A stretch of DNA of 64,000 nucleotides, taken from positions 1-64,000 of the forward strand of contig JAQBVF010000019.1 in NCBI GenBank assembly GCA_027623675.1. Reading direction: 5' to 3'. The notes under the pieces were generated by a model that was not told where the DNA came from, did no database searches, and saw only the letters and a list, made by a program, of their open reading frames with translations. A program made the position numbers and the translations under genes. Numbering within the stretch: the first letter of the stretch is position 1; each line of letters begins with the position of its first letter. Below are positions 20,820-30,599 of the stretch, piece by piece. Source of the DNA: Chloroflexota bacterium (GTDB taxonomy: Bacteria > Chloroflexota > Dehalococcoidia > Lucifugimonadales > UBA3495).

Positions 20820-22381
20820 AACTTCATCCGGGCCTATACAGGCGTATCCTCCTCAAACCATTCCGGTAATAAAAAGAGGATGTACGAAAAGCGATACGAC
20901 GCTTCGGACACCCTTTTCATAAACCTCTATTCCTGCGATTTCGCTGCAACTCCATTTCCAGACCCTGGCTTGCCTCAAATTAGATATACTAGCTAACCGG
21001 TTTCTCCACAAAAATCAGCACCGACCTTGGGCCAAGGGATTATTCTGCCGGCGACATTTCCTGTTCGACGGCAAACCAGCTCAACGGATTGGCAAAAGGG
21101 AGACGATCTCATGGCCTCTCCAATCTGCGGCGTTTGTGGCTATAAATTTCCTGACACGGAATCGGCTAAAGGCCCATGTCCGAACGCGGGGAAGCACCGG
21201 GAAATTCGAAACCAGGAAACCATGGATGATTATTTTCAACGCCGCAATTTGTTCCGGACCCTGGACTCTGCAGGCGAAATTCTGAGGACGCGCAGATCAA
21301 AGAACCCAACAAATCGTGAGCCGAAGAACCCAGCGCCGGCTGACTCCAAACCAGCGGATAATCGAGCGGCTGATCCTGAGCCGGTCGACGGTGAATGGTC
21401 CAGCCTTCACCATTTCCAAGGGATGTCACCGAGGGAACTGGAATCTGAAAGACAGCGCACACTCAGGCAGATCGAGCAACGCGGTAAGCCGAAATGGATT
21501 ATCAAAACTGTTGTGTCAGTGGCGGTTGTGGGGATCGTAGGATTGTTGGGATTCGCGGTTGGAGTCCAATTTTTGCCATTGGACGACCAACCCGAGAAGA
21601 TGATTGATTCGGGCGCTTCTGGTGAAGCAGGAATTCCTACCGGGCCAAACTCAGACCTCCCAAAATCTAATAGTGCCGCAGTATTGGTACCTACCCCGAC
21701 TCGAGCATCAACCCTCGCTCCTAGTGCCAAAGATCAACCAGCCACTATGGAGCCAACCCTGACACTAAACGAAATTTTGGGCAAACTAGATCGAGGGGAG
21801 ATCAGCGAGGCTGAAACAAAGCTGCTTTTGCTCCAATCATCAACTCCAGAAAAATCCAAGCCGGAATGCCGTATCAGCGTCCTAGTGTCGCCAACCTCCA
21901 TAACCAAGATATCCTACACTTATGATTTCAACGTATTGAATAACTCAACTTCTGGCCAGCCAAGCTTCTCATGGTCATTTTTTGCTCCCACCGGTGTACG
22001 GTTCCCCAACCAGACTTTTCATTCCATACCAGACTCCAGTTGGTCATTGTTGAAACTGCCCATCGACGGTCCCCCGTATGACGAATATAGGTTTACCACT
22101 GACTCCAACCCGATGCAGTCGAATGGGAGTTCGTTGGCCTTTTCTATTGGGACTCGATCGACTCCGGTTTCCGGCGGAAGAGGAGTCATCTCATTCGCCG
22201 ATGGAACGGTCTGCGAAATTCAGAATCTTCAAGTGCCTGGCGCTGCGACCGTTAACTAGGATCGTCGCGCCGATCTGCAGCTTGGATGTGAGTAGTCGAT
22301 TTTTGGGCATGAAGAAGCCAGTTAGCAGAATCAAAGATGTCGTGGGTTCAAATCCCATCGCCCGCTCCAAACTTCATCCGG
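20784..22381. mobile_element. genomic islet at tRNA-Gly bounded by 48-bp direct repeats
   Basis: 20784-20831 is identical to 22334-22381 (tRNA 3' half plus 12 nt); interior is AT-richer. Confidence 0.8.
21111..22259 (+). CDS. single-TM hypothetical protein (islet cargo)
   Basis: N-terminal CGVC...CP, one TM, Pro/Thr linker, beta-rich C-terminal domain; GGGAGA RBS. Confidence 0.75.
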   Translation: MASPICGVCGYKFPDTESAKGPCPNAGKHREIRNQETMDDYFQRRNLFRTLDSAGEILRTRRSKNPTNREPKNPAPADSKPADNRAADPEPVDGEWSSLHHFQGMSPRELESERQRTLRQIEQRGKPKWIIKTVVSVAVVGIVGLLGFAVGVQFLPLDDQPEKMIDSGASGEAGIPTGPNSDLPKSNSAAVLVPTPTRASTLAPSAKDQPATMEPTLTLNEILGKLDRGEISEAETKLLLLQSSTPEKSKPECRISVLVSPTSITKISYTYDFNVLNNSTSGQPSFSWSFFAPTGVRFPNQTFHSIPDSSWSLLKLPIDGPPYDEYRFTTDSNPMQSNGSSLAFSIGTRSTPVSGGRGVISFADGTVCEIQNLQVPGAATVN

Positions 22382-22544
22382 CGCACCTGGCGGACCCCTC
22401 GGACACCAACTTCCGCGCTAACATGGGGCTGGCAGATCTGCTGGCTAGGAGGCTACCGTAGTAGTTGTAGTGGGTGCGCCCGACCGGCGTGTACGCTGCA
22501 CGGTTGCTGCCAGCCATCTTCGACGTGCCGGGAGTTTTGGTCAC

Positions 22545-23162
22545 ATGTCCCGATTATCAGCCTTTCTATTCGCGGCCCTCATGGTTGGCGCGATAGCCTG
22601 CGGGGGTTCCGCCACCGGACCCGCCTCAGCCACATCGCCCGCCATTAACACTGGGGCCACGCCCACACCCGCTGCCGGCCCGACTACTGACGCGCCACTG
22701 GTGGCCCAGCCCAAACTCGGGACAAACGTGGGGGAGACGCTCCCGCCGTTCGAGTTCGCCCTGTTCGACGGCTCGGTGCGGTCAACCGCACAGCTAGCCA
22801 GCCAGGGGAGGCCGGTGTTCCTATTCTTCTTCGCCACCTGGTGACCCGTCTGCCGCTCCGAGTTACGGAGCATGAAGGATGTCTACCCCGAGTACGCCGA
22901 CAGGGTCGATCTCTACGCCGTGGGCCAAAGCCCTTTCGAGGACATCGATTTGATGGAGGAGTACCGGATCGAGCAGGGCTACCCGTGGCCCGTGGCCAAG
23001 ATCGACCCCAACGTGCTGAAAAGCCTGAATGTGTTCGTGCAGTCCACCAAGATCGCGCTTAACGGCGACGGCGTGATCACCTACCGGGCCGGCTACGGCG
23101 ACGGTGGCGTGGAGGTCTGGCGGGAGGTCTTTGAGAACCTGGTGGACCCAGCCAACCGCTAA
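22545..23162 (+). CDS. thioredoxin-fold (TlpA/redoxin-like) lipoprotein selenoprotein (UxxC, TGA at 22842-22844)
   Basis: GAIAC lipobox; LFFFATW[TGA]PVCRSELRSMKDVY in frame; hairpin at 22855-22871. Confidence 0.9.
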
Positions 23163-23180
23163 GCAGACGGCTCGGCGTGC

Positions 23181-23906
23181 TTACTGGACGCGCCGGTAAA
23201 CCAGATCGACCAAGCCGGCCGTTCCCGCTGCCGACTGCAGCCGGAAGACCGCGACATCCCGGGTGTCTCCGGTGATGCCGCCGGGTGTGGTGGACTTTTT
23301 GAAGGTCCACAGATACAGGTTGTACTTGTCGCTGATCAACGATTCAAAGCTGTTCGGCTCCGAATCCATGTACCCGTTGACCACCAGCGTATTGAAGTCG
23401 AGGGCCGTGAATTCGGCCAGGAACACCGCCAGGGTAACGTCCTTGCCGGTCCCGGTGAGCGGGTCGATGATCTGGAACGGTGTTTTGCCGTCTTTCGCGA
23501 AGAAAACCACACTCCTCACGCCGTCCGAAACATCGTCGGTGGCTGGGAACACGGCCGGATAGGCCAGGGTTCCGGCCACGCCAACACCGAAGGCCCTCTC
23601 CGGCCATAGCTTGGTGATCTCCTGTGTGACATTGTCGGAGGTGACGGCCTTCAATCCCAACACATCATGGTCGAACCGGGAGATGATCCCGACGCCGCCC
23701 TGATCGGTGAAGAACTGGTTGGCCGCGTTGAATACCGTATCCGAGTCGTTCGCTACCTGGGCGTCGCGGCTCTCGTCGGTTGTTCCGGACACCGACGACG
23801 TGACGATGCCCGCCAACACGCCTACGATGGCCATCACGGCCAACAGTTCAATGAGGGTAAAGCCTCGGCTGTTGTTGAGAACAGCATCCCTGATTCTTTG
23901 AAACAT
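23181..23906 (-). CDS. type IV pilin-like / prepilin-type N-terminal cleavage protein
   Basis: RG^FTLIELLAVMAIVGVLA motif. Confidence 0.88.
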   Translation of the reverse strand: MFQRIRDAVLNNSRGFTLIELLAVMAIVGVLAGIVTSSVSGTTDESRDAQVANDSDTVFNAANQFFTDQGGVGIISRFDHDVLGLKAVTSDNVTQEITKLWPERAFGVGVAGTLAYPAVFPATDDVSDGVRSVVFFAKDGKTPFQIIDPLTGTGKDVTLAVFLAEFTALDFNTLVVNGYMDSEPNSFESLISDKYNLYLWTFKKSTTPGGITGDTRDVAVFRLQSAAGTAGLVDLVYRRVQ

Positions 23907-24197
23907 CTAGTTTGGTCCCCCGGTCAACCTGAATCTGACGCCGTCGGTGCGCGGCAAGCAGCCTTCGGTCTGGGTGCATTTCTTAGGGTTCTTGCCCTTA
24001 AGGTTAGGCCCGCCGGCCGGAAAAATCGCCGGTGACTGCCTGCAATTCGGTTGGGGGAAAACCCGCAACCTGACCGGAACCCGCCAGATGTTTTGGCAAA
24101 TGGGGGTTGAGTTTGACGGCCCCCGCGCACGGTGGTAGATTCTCGCCAGCCGGGACCAGCCTATCTCCGCCGGGACAGGGGGCCGGCCGGGATTGCT

Positions 24198-24787
24198 TGA
24201 TGCCGGGAGATGCGGTGCCAGCCAAAGTTATCTGCAAGACCATCGACTTGCTCCAATTTCCCGCGATCGCGGAGTTCATCTGGCATCTGCTAACGAGGGT
24301 CAGCCGGCTGACCGAAGACGAGACCGGCGCGGCTAAGCAGGTGCTTGGGGTTGAGGCCGTCCGGTTCGGCCGGGTCCGGGTGGCGGAAGGCCGGGTCCTG
24401 CGCCTGTTTTTCCGGCTGAACGGCTCCAGGGCTTTCACCCTGTTCCACACTCTCAACCTACCGGCGGAGGGGCGTCACTCCAGGGGAAATCTGGACCTGC
24501 TGGTGCACGAGATGGTCCACGTGCGGCAATTTGAATCGGTCGGTACGATCTACATCTGGCAGGCTTTGAGGGCGCAAAAGGCCGAGGGATACAGCTACGG
24601 CGGTTGGGAAGGCCTGGCTGCCGAAAGGCCGGACGGGAAGCGGTTCAGCGGGTTCAACCGCGAGCAGCAAGGTCAGATCGCCCAGGACTACTACAACCTG
24701 GTCCTAACACCCGGCCTGCCCCAGGAAAACCCGGTCCGGCTGGCATACCAGCCGTATATCGAAGACCTGCAGGCTGGAAGCATTTAA
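24198..24787 (+). CDS. HExxH metallopeptidase-like protein (DUF4157-like)
   Basis: LLVHEMVHVRQ, FNREQQGQI; start uncertain. Confidence 0.65.
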
Positions 24788-24905
24788 GCGGAACGTCCAA
24801 AGCCTGGGCGCCGGTCAAATTGACACGCCCAAGGGCGGATGCTAGCGTTTACCCCGATGCCCTGGGGCATGCCGAACAGACGACCACCAGACACACGGAG
24901 ACGAT

Positions 24906-25946
24906 TTGAAGTTTAGTAATTTCCTCTTCCCCGAGAGCAAAACCCCGGAGGGTGATTTCGACGTCATCGAGGAGTCGCTGCGTGAGGCCGAACTGTCGGA
25001 AGAACTGGGCTACGACGTTATCTGGCTGGCGGAGCACCATTTCGACGGCGGCTGCGCCTACGTGGACCCGACCACCTTCGCCGCGGCCATCGCCGCCCGC
25101 ACCACGAAGATCAAGATCGGCTTTGCCGTCGCCCAGATGGCCCTGCACCATCCCATCAGGTTCGCCGAGCAGATCGCGCTGGTCGACAACATCAGCAAGG
25201 GCCGCATGATTGTCGGCGTGGGCCGGGGCACCGCTTACAACTTCTACGAGTTCCGGGGGTTCGGCATCGACCCCGACGAAGCCCACGACATGCTGCTGGA
25301 AGTGGAAGATATCCTGGTCAAGGCCTGGACCACCAAGAACTACCAGCACGACGGAAAATACTGGCAGTTGGAATTGCCGGTGCTGCGGCCCCAGGTGTAC
25401 CAGAAGCCCCATCCGCCGATGATCCGGGCGTGCTCAGGGCTGGATTCCACTCTGGAGATGGCACGCGAGGGCCGCCCCTTCATGATGAACGTGCAGAGCG
25501 ACGAGACCACGTTGGAGCGGATGGACCAGTACCGGGCCACGATGTCGGAGGCCGGGTTCGACGATGCAACGGTCGCCCGCAACGTGGCCGACTCGTGGGT
25601 CTGGCGCAACATCTTCGTGGCTGACACCGACGCCGAAGCCGAGGAAGTGGGGCTGCGTTACTTCCGCGACATGCGCGTGTATCTGCAGGAGAACCGGAAC
25701 CGCATGAACACCGCCGGCGAGTTGGCGGCCCAGGCGGCTAGGATCACCGGCTCGGCCAGGGACTCGCTGGAACACGGCGTCATCTGCGGCTCGCCCGATA
25801 CCGTCAGTGAAAGGCTGCGGAAGGTGAACGACAGCGGAGTGGGCGGAGTGATCATCCATTTCCGCCTGGGCGCCATGCCCTACGACGTGAACGCCCACAG
25901 CCTAAGGCTGTTCGCCGAGAAGGTGGCGCCCAACTTCCGAAGCTAG
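24906..25946 (+). CDS. LLM class flavin-dependent oxidoreductase
   Basis: TTG start after GGAGA; WLAEHHF, QKPHPP. Confidence 0.92.
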   Translation: MKFSNFLFPESKTPEGDFDVIEESLREAELSEELGYDVIWLAEHHFDGGCAYVDPTTFAAAIAARTTKIKIGFAVAQMALHHPIRFAEQIALVDNISKGRMIVGVGRGTAYNFYEFRGFGIDPDEAHDMLLEVEDILVKAWTTKNYQHDGKYWQLELPVLRPQVYQKPHPPMIRACSGLDSTLEMAREGRPFMMNVQSDETTLERMDQYRATMSEAGFDDATVARNVADSWVWRNIFVADTDAEAEEVGLRYFRDMRVYLQENRNRMNTAGELAAQAARITGSARDSLEHGVICGSPDTVSERLRKVNDSGVGGVIIHFRLGAMPYDVNAHSLRLFAEKVAPNFRS

Positions 25947-25974
25947 GCGCCCGGCGATTGGTCCTGCGTGGAGG

Positions 25975-26424
25975 CTATTTCAGGCCCAGCAGCTCCACGG
26001 CGAACTTGAGGGTGGCGTTGGGTGGAATGACTCCACCGGCGCCCCGCGCTCCGTAGGCCAGGTCGGGGGGTACGATCAGCTCCACCTTGCCGCCGATATT
26101 CATGGTCGCCACGCCTTCGTCCCAGCCCTTGATGACCCGGCCCGCGCCCAGCGGGAACTCGAACGGCGTGCCCCGGTCAACCGAGCTGTCGAACTTGGTG
26201 CCGTCCAGCAGCCAGCCGGTGTAGTGGACCACTGCGGTCTGGCCCGCAACTGCCTGCTCTCCAGTGCCCACTTCCACTACCGTGATCTGTAAGCCGGATG
26301 CCGTGGTGGTTGTTTCTTGATCTGCCACTTTTACCTCTGTGCCTGGTTCTGATTCGGAGCCGGAGGACGACCCGCATGCGATCCCCACTGTCGCCAGGAA
26401 CACCAATATCAAGAGCCACCGCAT
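25975..26424 (-). CDS. FKBP-type peptidyl-prolyl isomerase lipoprotein
   Basis: [31 protein letters not shown]. Confidence 0.95.
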   Translation of the reverse strand: MRWLLILVFLATVGIACGSSSGSESEPGTEVKVADQETTTTASGLQITVVEVGTGEQAVAGQTAVVHYTGWLLDGTKFDSSVDRGTPFEFPLGAGRVIKGWDEGVATMNIGGKVELIVPPDLAYGARGAGGVIPPNATLKFAVELLGLK

Positions 26425-26623
26425 GTCGTAAGCCTCCGTCTATACCTGAGCCTATACCTGGACCGCGCCTGATGAAGGGCGAGACGCGATTGATCGCGCT
26501 CAACTCTTGGCCGGCCGCGCTCAAGATGGTAGCACACCTTTAGCGCCCGGAGCGCCGGTGGTGTATCGGATTGACCGCATTTGGACTATGATGTCACTTA
26601 CTTAAATTTCGGAGGATACACCG

Positions 26624-27007
26624 ATGACCGACGATTTCAGACAGCGGGTAGAGGCTGCCAAGAAGCAGACGAAGTCCGTCACAGTTACCGAATCTCAGAA
26701 GCGGCTTGAGGCCAACCCCGCGGCCCTGATAATCGAGACCCGGCTCCGCGAGAACGTGCCCGTGGAAGAGCAGCACGAGAACGTGGTCTTCCTTTCTGTC
26801 GAGGACCTGGACGCTCAGGCAGAAGACCGGTCCAAGCTGGACCCCCGCTTGGCGGACCCCAACGTGGAGATCATCACGACTTGAAAACTTGGTAATAGGG
26901 CCGCCGTCGGCGCCCAGATACTCCAAGACATGGGATTCAACAACGTGACCTACATGGAAGGCGGCATGGCAGCCTGGAACGAGGCCGGCCTCCCAACAAA
27001 GAAGTAA
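26624..27007 (+). CDS. rhodanese-domain selenoprotein (TGA at 26882-26884 at the active-site position)
   Basis: EIITT[TGA]KLGNRAAVGAQILQDMGFNNVTYMEGGMAAWNEAGLP; hairpin at 26898-26915. Confidence 0.88.
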
Positions 27008-27074
27008 GAGCCGCTTAATCTGAAAGTAGATTGAATGGTCGAAACATTTATAGAGCCTTGGCAATGCCAAGGCT

Positions 27075-28637
27075 CTATATTATTTTCCCCAGCCTTTCTC
27101 GATTGAATCTTCCTGTAGCAGCGAGCAATCCCAGATTGAATCCCGTATCCCGTTGTTTGTTGGCTTGCGAGGACCACTCCTCGGCCAGACTCTTTAGTTC
27201 TTTGGCCGTAATCAACACTAGGTTACGGCCAAAATGCTGGGCGTGGTAGCGAATCGCTTCGGCTTCAGAATCTTCAGTGAACTCTGGGCCAATCACAAGA
27301 AATACTGGCACCGGCTTATCTGCGTGGTTCATGTACCCATCAAATTGAGCGATATGGTCTCTCAAATTAACCGGGGATTCTTTAGATTTGTTATCCCACA
27401 TGAGATAGTTCATCTGTAGGCTCAACAGGCCATCCGGATGAGCGGTGCCGCGTTGATGTAGGGGGGAATGATTCAGCAATTCCTCGAATAAGTAGGAGGT
27501 CGCATCTTCGAATTTAGATTCAATCTCTAGATCCTTGTCGATAATGTGTTGGGCACGTAACTTGTCGTGGTCTCGGGCGGCAAGCTCTTCATAAAACTCG
27601 TACCAGGCCTCTCGCTCATCAGATTCGGCAACGATTCTGGGGCGAAGCTGATCAAAGTGCTCAATCACTCTCGCCACCCGTTCTTCAATAGCACCGTAAG
27701 CGTTGATGTTCAATTGCCGGCACCAGGTGGTTAGCTGGTCGCTATTTAACCCAAACCTTGGGGAGTTGCTGGCGATCGCCTGTGACGCCGGAACATACCT
27801 GAGTACCCGTTCAACCAAAGTATCGATGTTGTCGTATCGTCCGAACTCCACGTTGGCCCGGCTTAAGATTTCCGTGAGATGCGATTTTCTGCGTAACGGC
27901 CGATGCTCCATCAGTTGTCTGTAGCTCTCGCTCCTTAATTCAACCCCTGCAAACTTCCGAATGTTGATTGCTATCTCTTCTGGAATAATATCAAGGTCTG
28001 CGTCACCGTCTTGCCGGACTGAAAACAACAAGCCCAAACCCTGCAGGTGACGTCTCGCCTCGCCAATCTCAGTCCTCGTGTGAAGCAGATTTGATGCTTT
28101 CGGGAACTTCCCGAGTTTGGCCTCAAGAAGGCGGTGGTCGGATTCTGTGATGCCCAGCCTCGCACGTAGTTTCTTTAAGAGATTAACTTCATCTGCACTT
28201 TTGGCATCTTCGTTTTCCCAGGCAACACGTAGGACGAAGAAATACAGATCCAAATCGCGATACCTGTGGGTGTCGTCATTTCCTGCCGCCAAATCGGATA
28301 GTTCAAGCTCGTTCGACCGATTGACCACCGATTGTTCGAAGGCAATCACCTGTTCCTCTGAATGAGAACTTGGCAGTAGAAAATCGTATTGGTCCAACAA
28401 TACATCAATCAACAAGACGTACGACAGGACTCGGAGGTCATTCCGAGGATTCTTGTACAACGCCTTTTCAAGATTCCCAGTAACCGTCTGTTCATGAAGG
28501 TACTGCGGCTTAACCTTGATTAAAGCCTCACGCAACTCGTCTTCAGTCAGTTGGCGGTGATCCACTACGTGGGCCCCGGCGATGCGCCGAAGGTCAGTTA
28601 ATGTGCTAATCGCTTCTACGGCATCTTCGAATTTCAA
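27075..28637 (-). CDS. putative restriction-endonuclease-like protein (C-terminal PD-(D/E)XK)
   Basis: 520 aa, AT-richer; FED...HPDG...WDNKS motif. Confidence 0.6.
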   Translation of the reverse strand: MKFEDAVEAISTLTDLRRIAGAHVVDHRQLTEDELREALIKVKPQYLHEQTVTGNLEKALYKNPRNDLRVLSYVLLIDVLLDQYDFLLPSSHSEEQVIAFEQSVVNRSNELELSDLAAGNDDTHRYRDLDLYFFVLRVAWENEDAKSADEVNLLKKLRARLGITESDHRLLEAKLGKFPKASNLLHTRTEIGEARRHLQGLGLLFSVRQDGDADLDIIPEEIAINIRKFAGVELRSESYRQLMEHRPLRRKSHLTEILSRANVEFGRYDNIDTLVERVLRYVPASQAIASNSPRFGLNSDQLTTWCRQLNINAYGAIEERVARVIEHFDQLRPRIVAESDEREAWYEFYEELAARDHDKLRAQHIIDKDLEIESKFEDATSYLFEELLNHSPLHQRGTAHPDGLLSLQMNYLMWDNKSKESPVNLRDHIAQFDGYMNHADKPVPVFLVIGPEFTEDSEAEAIRYHAQHFGRNLVLITAKELKSLAEEWSSQANKQRDTGFNLGLLAATGRFNRERLGKII

Positions 28638-28891
28638 CGCTCACCCTCAAATTATCCACAGTTCGATTCGGTCGGTGCTGTTACCCGATACCAAGAAATG
28701 CGATAGTGCCTCCAGAAAACACGGCGATTATATTCTAAGCGTAACGGTAATGCACTTCAGCAATGTCCTCGAGGATATATTCCTTTCAAGATCTTTCGTA
28801 TGAAACTGCCAAATATCTTGTCTTCGACCCGTTTGACGGTCGTGTCCCTTAGTGTTAGATTTTGCCGAAAGTCTTCCAATGGGGGGTGGCT

Positions 28892-29614
28892 ATGGCCGAG
28901 CGTGTCTGGGACAAGTACCTGACTGTTCAGGACCGGGACCATGTGGCGATGGCGGAGCACAAACCAGTGGGGTTCGGCGAGCGTCCGGCCCTGCTGCTCA
29001 TCGACCTGTACCGCTGGGCCTTTGGCGACAGGCCCCAGCCCATCTTGGAAGCCACCAAAGACTGGCCGGCCAGTTGCGGCCTGGCCGCCTGGGACGCGAT
29101 TCCTCCCATCCAGACGGTGCTGCAAGCCGCCCGGAACGCCGGGATCCCCGTGATACACGCCACCGGCCGGGACGATGACGGCCTGGCTGGCTGGAGCACC
29201 GGACGCGAGGTCTATGGCAACTCGGACCGCAGCCCGGAAGCCCTGGAGCGTCGGAACCGGCGTAACGACATCATCGACGAAGTAGCGCCCATAGACGGCG
29301 AGCCGGTGATGCGCAAGAGCTCGCCAAGCGCCTTCTGGGGCACCCCCCTCATCGGACATCTGACCGCCCATAACGTGGACACGATCATCGCCGTGGGTGA
29401 GACCACCAGCGGCTGCGTCCGCGCCAGCGTGCTGGACGGTTGCACCAACCGTTTCCGCATGATCGTGGTCGAGGAGGGGGTGTTCGACCGCCACGAAGCC
29501 GCCCACGCCATCAACCTGTTCGACATGAACCAGAAGTACGCCGATGTGCTGCCCCTGGCGGATGTCCTGGAATACCTGGGCGAAGTGGGCGCCAGACGGG
29601 GCACGGCGGTCTAG
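28892..29614 (+). CDS. isochorismatase family cysteine hydrolase
   Basis: PALLLID, KSSPSAFWGT, GETTSGCVRAS. Confidence 0.92.
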   Translation: MAERVWDKYLTVQDRDHVAMAEHKPVGFGERPALLLIDLYRWAFGDRPQPILEATKDWPASCGLAAWDAIPPIQTVLQAARNAGIPVIHATGRDDDGLAGWSTGREVYGNSDRSPEALERRNRRNDIIDEVAPIDGEPVMRKSSPSAFWGTPLIGHLTAHNVDTIIAVGETTSGCVRASVLDGCTNRFRMIVVEEGVFDRHEAAHAINLFDMNQKYADVLPLADVLEYLGEVGARRGTAV

Positions 29615-29713
29615 TATCCGGGTCCGCCCGCTCCGGTTGATTGGGCGTGCCGCCTGTGGTAAATTAGCTGTAATGATGCTGGCCCAACCGGCCGGCGATG
29701 CTTGGAGATTCGA

Positions 29714-29902
29714 ATGGCATATGTTACCCCTCGCGATGGCGAGAACCCCGAGAGCCTGGTAAACCGGTTCCGGGCATCGGTCCAGCATTCAGGGATCCTG
29801 CGCGAACTGAAGGACCGCCGGTTCTTCCGCTCCAAGGCCCAGAAAGAGCGCTTGGCCGCCCAGAGGGCCGCACGCCGCCGCCGCCGCCAGAACCGCAGGT
29901 AG
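29714..29902 (+). CDS. rpsU: 30S ribosomal protein S21
   Basis: DGENPESLVNRFR...GILRELKDRRFF, basic tail; GGAG RBS. Confidence 0.85.
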   Translation: MAYVTPRDGENPESLVNRFRASVQHSGILRELKDRRFFRSKAQKERLAAQRAARRRRRQNRR

Positions 29903-30013
29903 GGCCGTAACCCTGCTCTCATCCGGGAGTGCGCGTGGGAGCACGTGGCTCCTGGCCATATGGAACAAGAGTTGCACCACCAAGCGGCGGCTTTGCAAGC
30001 CACCCGATTCTCG

Positions 30014-30040
30014 AAAGGCCGGTTAGCGGCCTTTTTTGTT
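30014..30040 (+). terminator. intrinsic terminator
   Basis: AAAGGCCG-GTTAG-CGGCCTTTTTT. Confidence 0.75.
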
Positions 30041-30194
30041 TGCCGCTCAGGCGCGTTGACAGCAATTTACACCACTGTTAAATTGGATTGGTTGCCCTTG
30101 GCACTTCACCCCGGCGACTACCAACCCAACCCCGAGCGGCTGACAACCGAACTTTAGCGACCGCCAAAGGGTAAGCACCTTCAGGAGATATTCC

Positions 30195-30566
30195 GTGCCT
30201 AGATACGATTACCGTTGCGAAAGCTGCAAGACCGAATTTGAACTGGTGCAGTCCTTCGCCGAAGCTGGAAAAGGCATCTGCCCGGAGTGTTCCGGCGCAG
30301 GCCAAAGGGTGTTCCACGCCGTCCCGGTCATCTACAAGGGCAGCGGTTTCTACACCACCGACTATGGCCGGCCCAAACCGCCGGTGGAGAGCAAGAACGG
30401 TTCCAGCGATAGCTCGTCGTCCACTAGTACGTCCGAATCCAAGTCGGACGCCACAACCAAGCCCTCCAGCGACAGTTCTGATTCGTCCACCAGCAGCTCA
30501 AGCAAAAAGTCCTCAGATTCCGGCAGCGCCCCCGCCTCCCCTTCAACACCGGCCAGCTCCAGCTAG
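30195..30566 (+). CDS. FmdB family zinc-ribbon protein
   Basis: MPRYDYRCESC...CPEC...YKGSGFYTTDY, Ser-rich tail. Confidence 0.9.
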   Translation: MPRYDYRCESCKTEFELVQSFAEAGKGICPECSGAGQRVFHAVPVIYKGSGFYTTDYGRPKPPVESKNGSSDSSSSTSTSESKSDATTKPSSDSSDSSTSSSSKKSSDSGSAPASPSTPASSS

Positions 30567-30599
30567 GGCGGCCGTGGGCGCTCCCCGGAACCACCTCCC

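Noticed and set aside
22334..22381. Second tRNA-Gly gene
   Set aside because: Only the 3' half is present; it is an att-like duplication.
23910..24130. c-di-GMP riboswitch upstream of the pilin gene
   Set aside because: I could not find the conserved tetraloop/receptor pattern by eye; an Rfam scan would settle it.
20224..26884. Genome-wide TGA reassignment to Trp/Gly
   Set aside because: TGA ends ordinary genes (e.g. 12029-12031, 57212-57214); the in-frame cases fall only at catalytic Cys positions.
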